Positions 1-12,421 of a stretch of 64,000 nt of DNA are shown in pieces. The notes beneath the pieces were generated by a model that made no database searches, had not been told where the DNA came from, and was given only the letters and a program-made list of their open reading frames with translations. This DNA is from Eledone cirrhosa (Eukaryota). The stretch is from assembly GCA_964016885.1 (NCBI GenBank), contig OZ024742.1, positions 334,552,001 through 334,616,000 of the forward strand, written 5' to 3'. Every line of letters starts with the position of its first letter. The first letter of the stretch is position 1. The translations under genes and the position numbers were made by a program.

Positions 1-62
1 AGCGTAGTTTCGTTTTTCGGAACTCTTTGTGGGCGCAGTACGTTTCAACTGTGTCACACACC
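1..62 (-). pseudogene. degenerate tRNA-iMet pseudogene (cut by window edge)
   Basis: T-arm region recognisable, anticodon arm damaged; same variant at 7462 and 13747. Confidence 0.7.
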
Positions 63-196
63 TGGCTGTTTTAATAGGACGTTGTATTACATTTAGTGAC
101 TGTCCACCATTAGATTGATAATAGTTATTTAGTTTAGATACTCCGATAGACAAGTTTGATTATATATTTTAAAAAAAAGAACAATATCAAATATGA

Positions 197-268
197 TTAA
201 ACAGCGTAGTTTCGATCTACGGACCTCTGGGTTATGGGCCCAGCACGCTTCCTCTGCGCCACTCTGCT
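197..268 (-). pseudogene. tRNA-iMet pseudogene, 3' acceptor strand damaged
   Basis: Body near-identical to consensus, but TAGCAGAG (plus) is replaced by TTAAACAG and there is one D-loop substitution. Confidence 0.85.
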
Positions 269-428
269 GCATAGAAAATTACTTGACATTTTACTATTTT
301 TAATTTATGACCTAGTTTACCTTGATAGTATTGCATCATAGAATAAGCGTTATATTTTCTTTGTTTGAATATATCTAAACATATAGTAACGTGAAACTAT
401 ATAGATTATTACGTTCATTTAGTGGATA

Positions 429-570
429 CTAGCAGAATGGCCCGGCGTTGCTCTGGATTTGCTCTAGGGTACTTATATATTTGATATATATTTATCCTTA
501 TCGAGCCTCGTGATATAAATATGTTTGTTTATGGTTTGATATTGTGTATGCAAAAATATCTGTACACGAA

Positions 571-647
<77 letters not shown>

Positions 648-741
648 AACAGATTAAAGTTTAAGCAAAGAATCGCTGCTTTCACTCTTAACGGGATCCT
701 CTGAAACTAAATAAATCTATCTGTTAACGCACAAGTATATA
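429..741 (-). mobile_element. non-autonomous Helitron family A, truncated
   Basis: Minus-strand 3' end ..GAGCAACGCCGGGCCATTCTGCTAG|T (hairpin + CTAG); cut at the junction at about 742. Confidence 0.8.
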
Positions 742-1290
742 TGGTCTGATTGATAGAAAACTGTCGAACAAACCTAGAAAAGAAATACATTCACAAATCT
801 CTGAGGCTAGGAAAATCCGAGGTGTAACCATTCACCCACCTTCCACTTTACTACTAATATATCACCTATGTTGGCCACATCGTCGGTCATATTTCAGTTT
901 TGTAGCAAAGATGGCAGTATCAGAACGATTGTTGACGTATTTACATACACACGTTTTAGGTTCCTCTCTCGGCCCAACCTATTATATTTTCGAATTTTTG
1001 GATACCATGAAGAAAATATACACCTCTTTAGCGTATGGATTTGATTGACAAAATACAAAATCGTAGAAGATGTAACTTACTGTTGACGTCTGATCATCAA
1101 CTGTGTTAGTTTAGAATGATTTTCTTGAATTATCGATTACACATCTCTCTCTTTTGAAATGTAACAACTATATTAAAAGGAGAGTCTACACATTGCATGT
1201 GACAGAATGAAATTCTCATTTAATGAAGATATTCTGCAATAGGGATGGGAATTTAGATTTATGAAACTAAAAGACAATAAAATTATCAAA

Positions 1291-1362
1291 TAGCAGAGCG
1301 TAGTTTCGATCTGCGGACCTCTGGGTTATGGGCCCAGCACGCGTCCACTGCGCCACTACCGG
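1291..1362 (-). pseudogene. tRNA-iMet pseudogene, 5' acceptor strand lost
   Basis: Matches consensus until ...CGCCACT, then ACCGG replaces CTGCT; two internal substitutions. Confidence 0.85.
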
Positions 1363-1786
1363 ACTATATCTCAGCAAATATAAGTATACACACCTTGCTA
1401 TACTTAACAGAAATAATGTCATTGGTGCCAATTGAAAAATCTAGAGAATGTTCATTTGTACATAGTATGTACATTTCTTGATTCACTTGGTGGATATAAA
1501 AGAGGAAAACTATACAAGTATTACTTGAGCAAGAACTTGATCGAGAAACCTTGGCATTATTGGAGTTGTACGATTTTGTTGACGGTAGTTCCTCACATTT
1601 ACTAGTTTAGATTGCTTGTAATGACGTATCAATTACATATCTGACTGTGTTGAAATGTGACAACTATATACAAGGAAGTGACTACACAATATAGGTGATA
1701 CAATGAAATTAAATGTTTATTTAATGGAGATACTCCATGATAGAGATGTGATTACATATTTAAACAAAACAATTAAAAAATACCAA

Positions 1787-1856
1787 TTGCAGAGCGTAGT
1801 TTCGATCTACGGACCTCTGGGTTATGGGCCCAGCAAGCTTCCACTGCCACTCTGCT
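1787..1856 (-). pseudogene. tRNA-iMet pseudogene, 2-nt D-arm deletion
   Basis: CCACTGCCACTC versus consensus CCACTGCGCCACTC, plus substitutions. Confidence 0.85.
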
Positions 1857-2100
1857 GGTGGTACAAATTCCACGTTACTTATATTGTGCTAATTATATCC
1901 GAGGTGATTGATTGAAAATATAAAGTTTAACCATCAATTGTGCTAGTTTAGAATGTTTGTACTGAATTATACATTACACATGTCTGTCTGTTGAAATGTG
2001 GCAACTGCATAGAAACATAAGGTTACACACTACATTTAGTGTAGATGCAGCGTGAGACATGCGTGATTCGATATTTAAAAAAAACGGTAATGAACACATA

Positions 2101-2172
2101 CAGCAGAGACTAGTTTCGGTTTAGGGAGGTCTCTGTTATGGGCCCAGAACACCTCCAGTATGTCACTTTGCT
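2101..2172 (-). pseudogene. degenerate tRNA-iMet pseudogene
   Basis: Colinear 72 nt with many substitutions; GTTATGGGCCCAG retained. Confidence 0.75.
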
Positions 2173-2235
2173 GACTGGATAGTGATATGACGTTTTACTT
2201 CTTTTACTTTATAAACTAGGTTATATTGATAATAC

Positions 2236-2520
2236 TGGCTCCCTCCGGGTATCATTTGTCAGGGTTTTATTTGATGGTGGCATTTACTGTGATGTGTTCG
2301 GGGGCCAAGCGTGGTTCTTTCATACAGGCACTCGTCGTTGAAATGGTGGAATTCGAAATTGTGGAACATTTGAGTAATTAGGCTTACAATACTTTCAACA
2401 ACAATACAAAGTGAATAAGGATAAAATATATTCTACAGTATCAAGGGAATGCTTTTCTATAAATTTAAACGGCTTAGGGTCCACCTAGGTTGACTGCTGA
2501 ACCTCAACTCTGCTACTTTA
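2236..2520 (-). pseudogene. Helitron helicase fragment, diverged paralog (also about 15838-16048 and 24638-24920)
   Basis: LCIVVESIVSLITQMF.NF...F..ECLYERTTLGPR...IPG; alignable to 23035-23280. Confidence 0.6.
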
Positions 2521-2679
2521 GATTTTTGTATTGACTTATCCATTACAATGTACTGACTTATCCATAAATAAAAGGGAGAGACTACACATGATATGTGATA
2601 GAATGAAATTTTCAATTTGTGTAGATTCTGCAAGGTACGTATGGGATTATATATTTAAAAAACAATAAAAAGATATAAA

Positions 2680-2751
2680 TAGCAGAGCGTAGTTTCGATC
2701 TACGGACCTCTGGGTTATGGGCCCAGCACGCTTCCACTGCGCCACTCTGCT
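2680..2751 (-). tRNA. tRNA-iMet: initiator tRNA-Met (CAT), intact
   Basis: 72-nt AGCAGAGTGGCGCAGTGGAAGCGTGCTGGGCCCATAACCCAGAGGTCCGTAGATCGAAACTACGCTCTGCTA. Has A1:U72, three G-C pairs closing the anticodon stem, the AUCGAAA T-loop (eukaryotic initiator hallmarks) and downstream T-runs. Confidence 0.97.
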
Positions 2752-3113
2752 GACTGAAAATTTAATGTGACGTTTTAGTTTATGAACTAGGGCACATTGA
2801 TAGTATTGCATCATGGATTAAACCTTATTGTTCTCTCTGTGTTTCAATATGTCAGAACAGAGAGAAAACAGAAACAGTATTAATTAATGTTAATTTAGTA
2901 GTTATTGAGAAATAAATCTCGTAGACACAAATTTCCTTATGTACGATGTGACAGGTAAATATACGATGTTTAACATTCTACAGAGCTGATGATTTCTGTG
3001 GGGCTTTTTCCTTATTTCAAAGTCTTCCTTGCAGTTTCAAAGTATTGGTGTAAATTATGAAATGTTCAACAGGCAGGCACACAGGCACATAAAAATCACA
3101 CCTGAAGTTCAAA

Positions 3114-3185
3114 TAGAAGAGCGTAGCTTCGATCGACGAACATCTGGGTTATGTTCTCAGCACGCTTCCACTACGCCACTCTGCT
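3114..3185 (-). pseudogene. tRNA-iMet pseudogene
   Basis: Colinear; anticodon stem and T-arm substitutions. Confidence 0.8.
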
Positions 3186-3791
3186 GGTGGTATAAATTCC
3201 TCGTTTATTACTTATAGTGTCTTAATTATATCCGAGGTGATTGATTGAAAATATAAAGTTTAACCCTCAATTGTGCTGCTGGTTTAGAATGTTTGTGTTC
3301 CGTTATTTGAAAGCCTTCTACGTAGTTTCAAAGTATGAGTGTAAATTATTGAATTTACAATACTCAGACACATAGGCACAAGTTCAGAGCCGAAGTTTAA
3401 ATAATACTGCTTATGAACCTCTCTATATTTCAGCATATATAAATAGACAACTTGTTATACTTAACGGAAATAATAGACTACTTCAATGGTGCGAATTATA
3501 AAAGCTATAGCGTGTTAATGATAGATAGTATGTATATTTTTATTATAGATTTGGATATAAAAGACAAAAAAACATTACAAGTTTTAACAGAACAATCACT
3601 TGATTGTTCTTCTGTGTTAGTTTAGATTGCTTGTATTAAATTATCCATTATATATATATATCACTGTGTTGAAATGTGACAACTATATAAAAAGAGGAGA
3701 TTACACATAACATGTGAATGAATTTTCACTTTCTGTAGCTTCTGCGAAATTCAAATTGGGTTATATATTAAAAAACAAAAAGCAATACAAT

Positions 3792-3863
3792 TAGCAGAGC
3801 GTAGTTTCGATCTACGGACCTCTGGGTTATGGGCCCAGCACGCTTCCACTGCGCCACTCTGCT
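3792..3863 (-). tRNA. tRNA-iMet: initiator tRNA-Met (CAT), intact
   Basis: Identical to the 72-nt consensus; TTTTT terminator about 10 nt downstream. Confidence 0.97.
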
Positions 3864-3962
3864 GACTGTAAAACTTTACAAATTTTAGTGACTGTATTAG
3901 ACTAGATTACATTTATTGCATCGTCTATCACATATTATTGATCTCTGTTTCTTTTATTATTT

Positions 3963-4492
3963 GTTCAAATCCCTTGAGTTCAATCCCGCCGAGGTTAGCT
4001 TTGCCTTTCATCCTTACTAGGTCGATAAGATAAAGCACCAGTAATGCACTGGGGTCGATTTAATCGACTGTCCAACCTCCCCAAATTAATGGCTTTGTGT
4101 TTATAGTAGAAATGATTATTCAACTTAATACTCTAAACATGACACATGTATAGTGCAAGGCAAATCATCCCTTTTCTAAATAATAATTGTTTCTACTTTT
4201 GGCACAAGGCCAGCAATTATCCATTGGTACTTTATTTCAACGACCCCATAAGGATGAAAGGCAAAGTTAACCTCGGTGGGATTTGAACTCAGAATGGCGT
4301 TCGATCCTCTACCGATGCTGCCAATTCTAATTGAGGCTCAAGTCTGAAATTTAGCGGGGAGGGGGATTGTTGATTAAACTATACTCACTACTTAACTATT
4401 ACTTTATTTTATCAACACTAGAAGGATGAAATGCAAAGTCGGCCTTGTTGCCCTTTGAGCTCAGAACGTAAAGAGCCGGGATTAAACACCGC
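3963..4492. mobile_element. cluster of three SINE-1-related copies (+,-,-); paralogs at about 17650-18185 and 26515-27078
   Basis: Three instances of the GCCTTTCATCC/GGATGAAAGGC core. Confidence 0.85.
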
Positions 4493-5119
4493 AACTTGGT
4501 TTGTTAGAACTTTATTCTGCTTAACCACAACTACCAATATTTAAAGGAAATAAAGAAATACATTCTTACATCATGCAAATTGTAATACATATAGTTCTCT
4601 TATTTATATACATTTTGTATAGATTTTTTGATTAACTGTGTAGATCTTTACATACCAAAAAAGAAAAATATACACATTTTAGCAGAGATTTTTCCTTTAT
4701 ATTAATTCATTGTCTAGATGTTTGGATAGAAAAAAGAAGCAACACATACACGTATTTTTAGAGAAATGGTTAGATCTACACACCTAGGTTTTATGGGAGC
4801 TCTACGATTCTGATGACGGCTGTGCCGTATATATTGTTGGTATTGAATTATCCATTACATATCTCTCACTCTTTTCACAAGTATAATGAAAGAAAAGTCT
4901 GCAAAAAATATGTGATAAAATGAAATGAGTATTTAGTGTAGTTACTCCGAAATACAAACGGGATTATATAGTTAAAATAAATAGAAAAAAAAAAACAAAC
5001 AGCAGAGTAGTAGTTTCGATTTATATTAAAAGGAGAATCTACTAAATGTTTATTTAGTGAAGACACTCCAACAAAGGGATGGGATTGTATTTTAGAAAAT
5101 AAACAACAAAAGCAGTAAA

Positions 5120-5191
5120 TAGCAGAGCGTAGTTTCGATCTACAGACCTCTGCGTTATGGGCCCAGCACGCTTCCACTGCGCCACTCTGAA
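5120..5191 (-). pseudogene. tRNA-iMet variant/pseudogene
   Basis: First two nucleotides lost (A1:U72 broken) and two stem substitutions. Confidence 0.8.
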
Positions 5192-5318
5192 GGATGACTT
5201 AACATTGTACTATTTTGAATTTATGAAGTAGGTTACATTGATATTATAACATCATAGATTAAAAGTTATTTTTCTTTATGTTTCAATATAACAGAACATT
5301 GGGAAACGTGATCAATAC

Positions 5319-5505
5319 GGCGGTGAATTGGCAGTATCGGTAGAGCGTCGGACATGCTTTCCAGCATTGTTACGTCCCTTTACGATCTGAGTTCAAATCC
5401 GGCCGAGGTTAACTTTGCCTTTCATGCTTACGGGGTCGATAAAATAAACTACCAGTAATGTACTGAGTAATTGCTGGCCTTGTGCCTAAAATAATAACAA
5501 TTATT
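5319..5505 (+). mobile_element. SINE family 1 (paralog at 19005-19191)
   Basis: A/B boxes, core and tail present. Confidence 0.9.
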
Positions 5506-5561
5506 ACGTTCCCTTAGTGGATATTGAGTTTGTACTGGAAATATTCTCTTGAATTCTCATT

Positions 5562-5614
5562 TCTACGGACATCAGGGTGATGGGCCCTGCACGGTTCCAA
5601 TACGCCACTCTGCT
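5562..5614 (-). pseudogene. tRNA-iMet fragment lacking T-loop and 3' end
   Basis: TCTACGGACATCAGGGTGATGGGCCCTGCACGGTTCCAATACGCCACTCTGCT. Confidence 0.75.
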
Positions 5615-5828
5615 GACGGTATTGGTAAGACGCTTCCGAAAACTATTGTTAGATTCGCATTTCCTTATACACGAGGTGACGGGTAATATATATGTTTAAC
5701 ATTCTCCAGATGATTTCTGGGGTTCGTTTATTTCGTTATTTTCAAAACCTTCGTTGTTTCAAAGTATGGGAGAAAATTATTAAATTTACAACACACAGTT
5801 ACGCAGACAAATCAGATCTGAAGTTTGA

Positions 5829-6010
5829 ATAATTGTTTCTATTTTTGGCACAAGGCCAGCAACTATCCCAGTGTATTACTGGTACTTTATTTTATCGACC
5901 CCGTAAGGACGAAAAGCAAAGTTAACTTCGGCGGGATTATAACTCTGGGCGTAACACTATGCTGAAAAGCATAGCGTCCGACCCTCTACCGATACTGCCA
6001 ATCCACCGTC
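5829..6010 (-). mobile_element. SINE family 1 (partial paralogs at about 19520-19625 and 20655-20786)
   Basis: Core and tail match. Confidence 0.88.
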
Positions 6011-6237
6011 CTTAGTTATCCACTGCTTTATATTTCAGGAAATAATAATGAGACACATAACATACTTAATGGAAATAATTAAATAACAATATTTCAATTG
6101 CACGAATTATAAATAAATATATTTCTGATGCGGTATATAGTTACTTTCGAAAGAATGAAATAGTCATTTACTGTAGATACTCAGAGAGACAGGTACGATT
6201 ATATATATAAAAAAATGAATAAATAAACGAACATATG

Positions 6238-6309
6238 TAGTAGTACAAAGTTTCGATCATCGGACCTCTGGATTATGGGCCCAGCACCTTGCCACTGCGC
6301 CACACTGCT
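6238..6309 (-). pseudogene. tRNA-iMet pseudogene
   Basis: Colinear; 3' end and D-arm mutated. Confidence 0.8.
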
Positions 6310-7049
6310 GACTGTAAATTGTCGTGACTTTTTATTGCTTTGAATTTATGATCTAGGTTATATTAATAGTATTGCATCATAGATTAAACGTTATTTCTTT
6401 GTATTTCAATATTTCAGAAAATAGTGTAACGTGAAACAATAGAAGTGATTGCGTTCATTTAGTGGTTATTGAGGTTTCACGGGAAATAATCTCTTGGATT
6501 CAAGTTTTCTTATAGTTGAGGCGACGGGTAGAATATACACCGTTTAACATTCTACAGAGGTGATGAATTCTGGGGAATTTTGTTTCGTTATTTTCAAGAC
6601 CTTCGTAGTAGTTTCAAAGTATGGCTATAAATTATTAAATTTACAACACAGACACACGGACAAACCGACAAATCACATCTACAGTTTAAATAATACTGCT
6701 TCTCCAATGTCATATATTTCAGGAAATAATTAAGAGAAACTTTACAATATTAACAGAGATAAATATATGTTATTTCATCGAATGTAAAATATATAGATAT
6801 TTTATTCTACATAGTATATATATATATATATTTGTTGATTCATTGTCTAGACTTTCGGATACCAAAAATGAACAAAATACACAGGTTATAATAGACAAAA
6901 GATTTGACCGACAAACCTTCGAATTATGGGAGTTGTTAGATTCTCTTGACGGCTGTGGTGTATATATTACTTGTATTCAATTATCCATTATATCTCTCCC
7001 TTTTGAAATGTGATAACTATATAAACGGAGGGGACTATACATTGTGTGG

Positions 7050-7288
7050 CAGCTCACACCTATGCAGGTCTAGGTGGCCTCCTCCAAGGTATATAACGTT
7101 GGAGGTGACTTGTGTGATTTAATGATAGGGACCCCAGTCCTATCATCTCATTTCTACACTGTGTAAACTGGAGCAACGTGAAATAAAGTGTCTTGCTCAA
7201 GGAAACAACACATCATCCGCTCCGAGAATTGAACACACCACCTTTCTATTGCAAGCCCAATGCTCTATTCACTAAGCCATGCGCCTTC
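7050..7288 (-). mobile_element. tRNA-derived SINE family 2 (CORE-like)
   Basis: GGCGCATGGCTTAGTG head, GTTCAATTC box, CCTTGAGCAAGACACTTTATTTCACGTTGCTCCAG core. Confidence 0.8.
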
Positions 7289-7461
7289 ACTGTATACGAT
7301 GCCTGTATTAAATTATCCATTATATCTCTCTCCCTTTTGAAATGTGATAACTATATAAAAGGAGGAGACTCCACATTATATGGGATAAAATCAAATCAAT
7401 TTGTGTGGATATTACGAGGTATATATGGAATCATATAATTAAAAGAACAAAAAATTACAAA

Positions 7462-7530
7462 TAGCAGAGCGTAGTTTCGTTTTTCGGAACTCTTTGTGGG
7501 CGCAGTACGTTTCAACTGTGTCACACACCT
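7462..7530 (-). pseudogene. degenerate tRNA-iMet pseudogene
   Basis: TAGCAGAGCGTAGTTTCG followed by a decayed body. Confidence 0.7.
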
Positions 7531-7822
7531 GGCAGTTTTAATAGGACGTTGTATTACATTTAGTGACTGTCCACCCTTAGATTGATAATAGTCATTTAGT
7601 GTAGATACTCTAGTGAATATATCAGAACATATGGTAACGTGAAACAATATAGACTATTATGTTCATTTAGTGGATACTAGCAGAATCGCCCGGCGTTGCT
7701 CTGGATTTGCTCTAGGGTTCTTATATATTTGATATATATTTATGCTTATCAAGCCTCGTGATATAAATATGTTTGTTTATGGTTTGATATTGTGTATGCA
7801 AAAATATCTGTACACGAATATA

Positions 7823-7924
<102 letters not shown>

Positions 7925-7961
7925 ATATAAGATCAAAAGATGTTTAAAGGAGTTCAATATA

Positions 7962-8028
7962 TTTTATTATGCGCATTTCAAAAACAAACATCATCAAACA
8001 ATAATATTTGTGTTTTCATCAGATAAAA
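7962..8028 (-). ncRNA. type I hammerhead in PLE 3' end
   Basis: TTTTAT-CTGATGA-AAACAC...GTTTTT-GAAA-TGCGCA-TA-ATAAAA. Confidence 0.75.
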
Positions 8029-9254
8029 CAGGAGAACATGATATGAAGGCTAAAAAAACACTTGTTGATAGTGCAGTTTTAAATCAACATATGAAAAGTG
8101 GTTTTAGATTGATGTGTGATATTGGGAAAAATATTTTATTTAGAGAGGGGGGGAGAGAAAAGGATGAAAAGGGAAGGAGATGAGAGGGAGAGATGGGTGA
8201 TAGAGAGAAAGAGATAGTTTTTATAACAGAGAGGAGATATATTTTATATAGAGGGGTTGAAAACCGTTGGAAGATACTGTATAAATTAAAAATTTTGAAA
8301 ATTAACGAAGGGAGGATATGTGCGAGGAAAAAATATATTATATTTAGGGAGGGGTGGGGGTGGAAAGGATGAAAAAAGGGAGGAGATGAGAGTGAAGGTG
8401 GAAAGGGAGAGATGGGTGATAGAGAGAAAGAGATAGTTTTTATAACTGAGAAAAAGATATAATGTTTTAATATAGAGAGGTTGGGAACCGTTGGAAGATA
8501 ATGTATAAATTAAAGGAATTTGAAAATTAACGAAGGGAAATTATGTATGGAGATAGAGAGAAAAAAATAACGAAGGGAGATTATGTATGGAGATAGAGAG
8601 AAAAAAATAATAATTGTGGGTGAATATTCTAACGTCAAAAGGAGAAATGTAGGAATTTTAAAATTAGCAAAGAGAAAAAGTTTGTGTAGAAGGATTTGAG
8701 AAAAATAATGTGAAGTTAAAGTTTTTATATTGAATTCATATGTATTAATAATGAGTTCGTTGATGGGGAGAAAAAAATAATAATAAATTAAGGATGAAAT
8801 TGAGATTAAAAAGATTTATGATAGAGAGAAAAAATAATAATGATTGCGGATGAATACTCAAAATGTCAAAAACAAATGTTATTGTTTTACGAGGAGATAT
8901 AATGAGGGTGATGAGTAAACGGGTATTATAGAGTGTATAATGCCCTTTAAAGTAAGGTAGATGGGTATATTTTAAAGAATATATGAGTATATATTAAAAA
9001 AATATATAATAATAAATTAAGGATGAAATTGAGATTAAAAAGATTTATGATAGAGGGAAAAAAATAATAATGATTGCGGATGAATATTCAAAATGTCAAA
9101 AACAAATGTTATTGTTTTACGAGAAGATAGGATGAGTAAACGAGTATTATAGAGTGTATAATGCCCTTTAAAGTAAGGTAGATGGGTATATTTTAAAGAG
9201 GTGTATGTATATGTGCCTTTGAGAAAAGATTCTAAATTGATAAAGAATTGAATA

Positions 9255-10175
9255 TTAACTGTATACTTTGTGAAAAGTTCTATGGAATTTATGCAGGCAG
9301 ATGGAAAACAAATCCGAGCGTCTATTTATTATGGATTCTAGGTTAGAGATAATGGTAAATTTTTCATTTAGGCAGAGATTACAGATTTTAGATAGAGAAC
9401 TGTTCAAGTACGAGGATGCAGAAGAAATCTTTTTCCAAAAGATGTTATATTTAATGTTTTTGTCTTTTAAGGACCATATGAGTTCTGAGAGAGCAGTGTT
9501 AGTTCTTTTAAGTTTGTATTTGAAAGATGAATGATGATTATAGAGACGAGCTTTAAAAGAGGTGGAAGTGGAGCCAAAATAGGTGAAGGAATTGGTGCTA
9601 GTTATAATTTTACATTCATAAATTAAGTTTTTATCGAGGCAATGGTTGTTGAGAGGACATTTATTTTTAATGCGGCAGTTGCAATTAGAGAGATTATTAA
9701 TGAGTGATCTAGTGTTATCTATAGAAGGAATTGGATTGGAGAAGTTGTTTGCGATAGGAATAATAGGAATAATAGTTTCTTGATTTAGAGTTGGATTATG
9801 AACATTTAGCGAAGTTGTGTTTGACGTTGCATTTGGGTTTACAGAAGTTAGCCTAGGGTTTACAATGACGTCAGGAGTACTATTATTGTTATTATGAGAT
9901 TCAATATTGGAAAGAAGAGATTTAGTATTTAATATTTTGTTGTTGTGTTTAGAAATGATGTTGGAAATATTGGAGGATGTAGAATACGAAAATTTGATGG
10001 TGTGTTTGTTAAATATTTTACTATAGATATGTGAGGGAGGGAAGCATTTATTTAAGGCACTAAAAAATAATTTAGGAATATTGTTATTAATAGAGATGGA
10101 GAAAGGAGCATTATACCAGATTATGTTTTTGTATCTAGGTCTTTTATTAAAATTATTGGAATGGTTATGATTATA
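9255..10175 (-). pseudogene. PLE ORF C-terminus with GIY-YIG endonuclease (open frame without Met, absent from the ORF track)
   Basis: IIWYNAPFS...CFPPSHIYSKIFNKHTIKFSYS...CNCRIKNKCPLNNHCLDKNLIYECKI...TYFGSTSTSFKARLYNHHSSF...ALSELIWSLKD...CNLCLNEK...NRRSDLFSICLHK. Confidence 0.9.
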
Positions 10176-10178
10176 TAT

Positions 10179-10234
<56 letters not shown>

Positions 10235-10607
10235 AAAATAACAGATTATAGTTTAATTAAAGAATCACTGCTTTCACTCTTAACGGGATCTTCTGAAACT
10301 AAATAAATCTATCTGTTAACGCAGAAGTATATATTTCGTAAAATGTTACACACTATATATATATAGATATACACAAACTATATATACATATATACGCACA
10401 CACAGATAGCGACGTCATAATGTCGTAATGCAGACAGATATTATAAGGGCGCAACGTTTTATCTATGTATCTATCTAAAAAGAAAATCTAAGAATTATAG
10501 AGAGAGATCGCTAAATCGCCTAATGTGGTCCCTAGGATATTGAAATTTTTGAAATGTTTGCTAAAAAAACTCACAGGACCATAAGTATTGTCACAGTACC
10601 ATAAGTA

Positions 10608-12196
10608 TGTCATCTACATATCACCCGATATGTCGATGACATACTCATCCTTACATCATCCCGTGAGGAGGCGGATAAAATATACACAAAATTCTCCAGC
10701 ATGGACGCCAGTATAAAGTTCAGCATGGAACACCCCGATGACCACGGATCCCTATCCATACTGGACTTCCAACTCAGGGTAAGAGAGGAAGGCAACATCC
10801 ACACTTGCTTCTATAAAAAAGCCGCCATCAGTGACCTGTTCGAACATTTCAGATCGGCCCTCCCAGCCAGCGCTAAGTTCGGATACATAAGGAACGAACT
10901 ACACGTATCCCGAACAAATGCACCGACGCTAGAGACCGAGACACACACACCACACATTTCCTGGAAGTACTCAAACTGAATGGATACACGACATCCACCA
11001 CAAACCGTGCCAGAAAGAACAGAGGACACCACACCCGAGGCACTAACACTTGCTTCCTGAAGCTCCCACACTTCAGTGACGAAACAACAACAGCCATCCG
11101 CAGAGCTATCAGACGAGAGGGACTAGATATCCAACTGGCCCACTGAGGTCCTTCCCTATGCGGACAGCTAACCAAAAGACACTCCACCAGACATGACAAT
11201 TGCTGCAGGCTAGCCAACTGCCCCATCAACGACACAAACCTATGCCACCAGGCTTACGTCGTATACAGACTAGAGTGCGACAAATGCAGCAACTTCTACG
11301 TAGGTAGCACCACCAGACCACTCCACATAAGAATAAAAGAACACCTCAATACCAACGCTTCCTCATTTAAGAAACACCTAGTTAAATGCAAAAACACCGA
11401 CAAAACCATAACAGTTACGATAGAAACTAAGGAAAGAAACCTCGGCAATCTTAGAATTAAGGAAGTACTAATTATAGACAAAACACAACCACCAATCAAT
11501 AATCGACGAGAACTCAACACCCAATATATAACTTGATATAGCATCTAGCCCCATATTTACACCCCCCCCCCTTCCACACACACGCACACACTCACACACA
11601 CACACACTTATACCTCCACTTATTCTCTCACACACACACATACACACACAAAGACCAGTTCTAACACGAGATAATATTTATCCCCCACATATACGTATAG
11701 ACATATCTTCTCACATACACACACACATACTTACACCTCACACATTCTCCCACGTACTTAAACAGGCATGTACAAAAAAAAAACCCTTTTAAATGGAGAC
11801 TACTCTTTATCCACCTAACCTTGACTCTTCGACATTAGAGATAGAACAGATACTCTATACCATTTCCTGTCAGTATGACTTGGCAAGCTATTTAGAACAC
11901 TGGTTTAACCGCTTTTCTTCCTTCCGAAGAAGAAATATTTTCTCGAACATTAAGGATATTTAAATAAAGATACTCTATACCATTTCCTGTCAGCATGACT
12001 TGGCAAGCTATTTAGAACACTGGTTTAACCGCTTTACTTCCTTCCGAAGAAGAAATATTTTCTCGAACATTAAGGACATTTAAATAAATCTAAGGTAAAA
12101 GACTAATTGTCAACAATATCTTTTGCATTTGCATTCTATATTCTATGTCCATACCTGCATTGTTTTGGCTTTATTATACATATACAAACGTTTATA

Positions 12197-12197
<1 letters not shown>
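10608..12197 (+). mobile_element. 5'-truncated Penelope-like retroelement (RT + GIY-YIG, frameshifted)
   Basis: RYVDDILI, IKFSME, LSILD, FYKK thumb region; CPINDTNLCHQAYVVYRLECDKCSNFYVGSTTRPLHIRIKEH; ORF ends at about 11536; 119-bp tandem duplication at 11849-12087. Confidence 0.92.
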
Positions 12198-12235
<38 letters not shown>

Positions 12236-12362
12236 GTGAGGTTTTTTTTTACAAAATGAAAAATAACCGAGGTGTCCTACACGAGTGAAAGTATAAAATA
12301 TATATATTTAAAAAAAAAAAAATAAGACTCCAGCTGCATTTTCGATTTCATCTCTTTTTCTT

Positions 12363-12412
<50 letters not shown>

Positions 12413-12421
<9 letters not shown>

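Larger units (their letters stand above)
1..5940. repeat. segmental duplication copy 1 of the tRNA-iMet block
   Basis: Near-identical to 13753-19620 (offset 13752 at the start). Confidence 0.95.
7925..10180 (-). mobile_element. 5'-truncated Penelope-like retroelement inserted in (TA)n
   Basis: Endonuclease-coding frame plus about 1.3 kb 3' region ending in a hammerhead motif; (TA)n on both sides. Confidence 0.9.
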
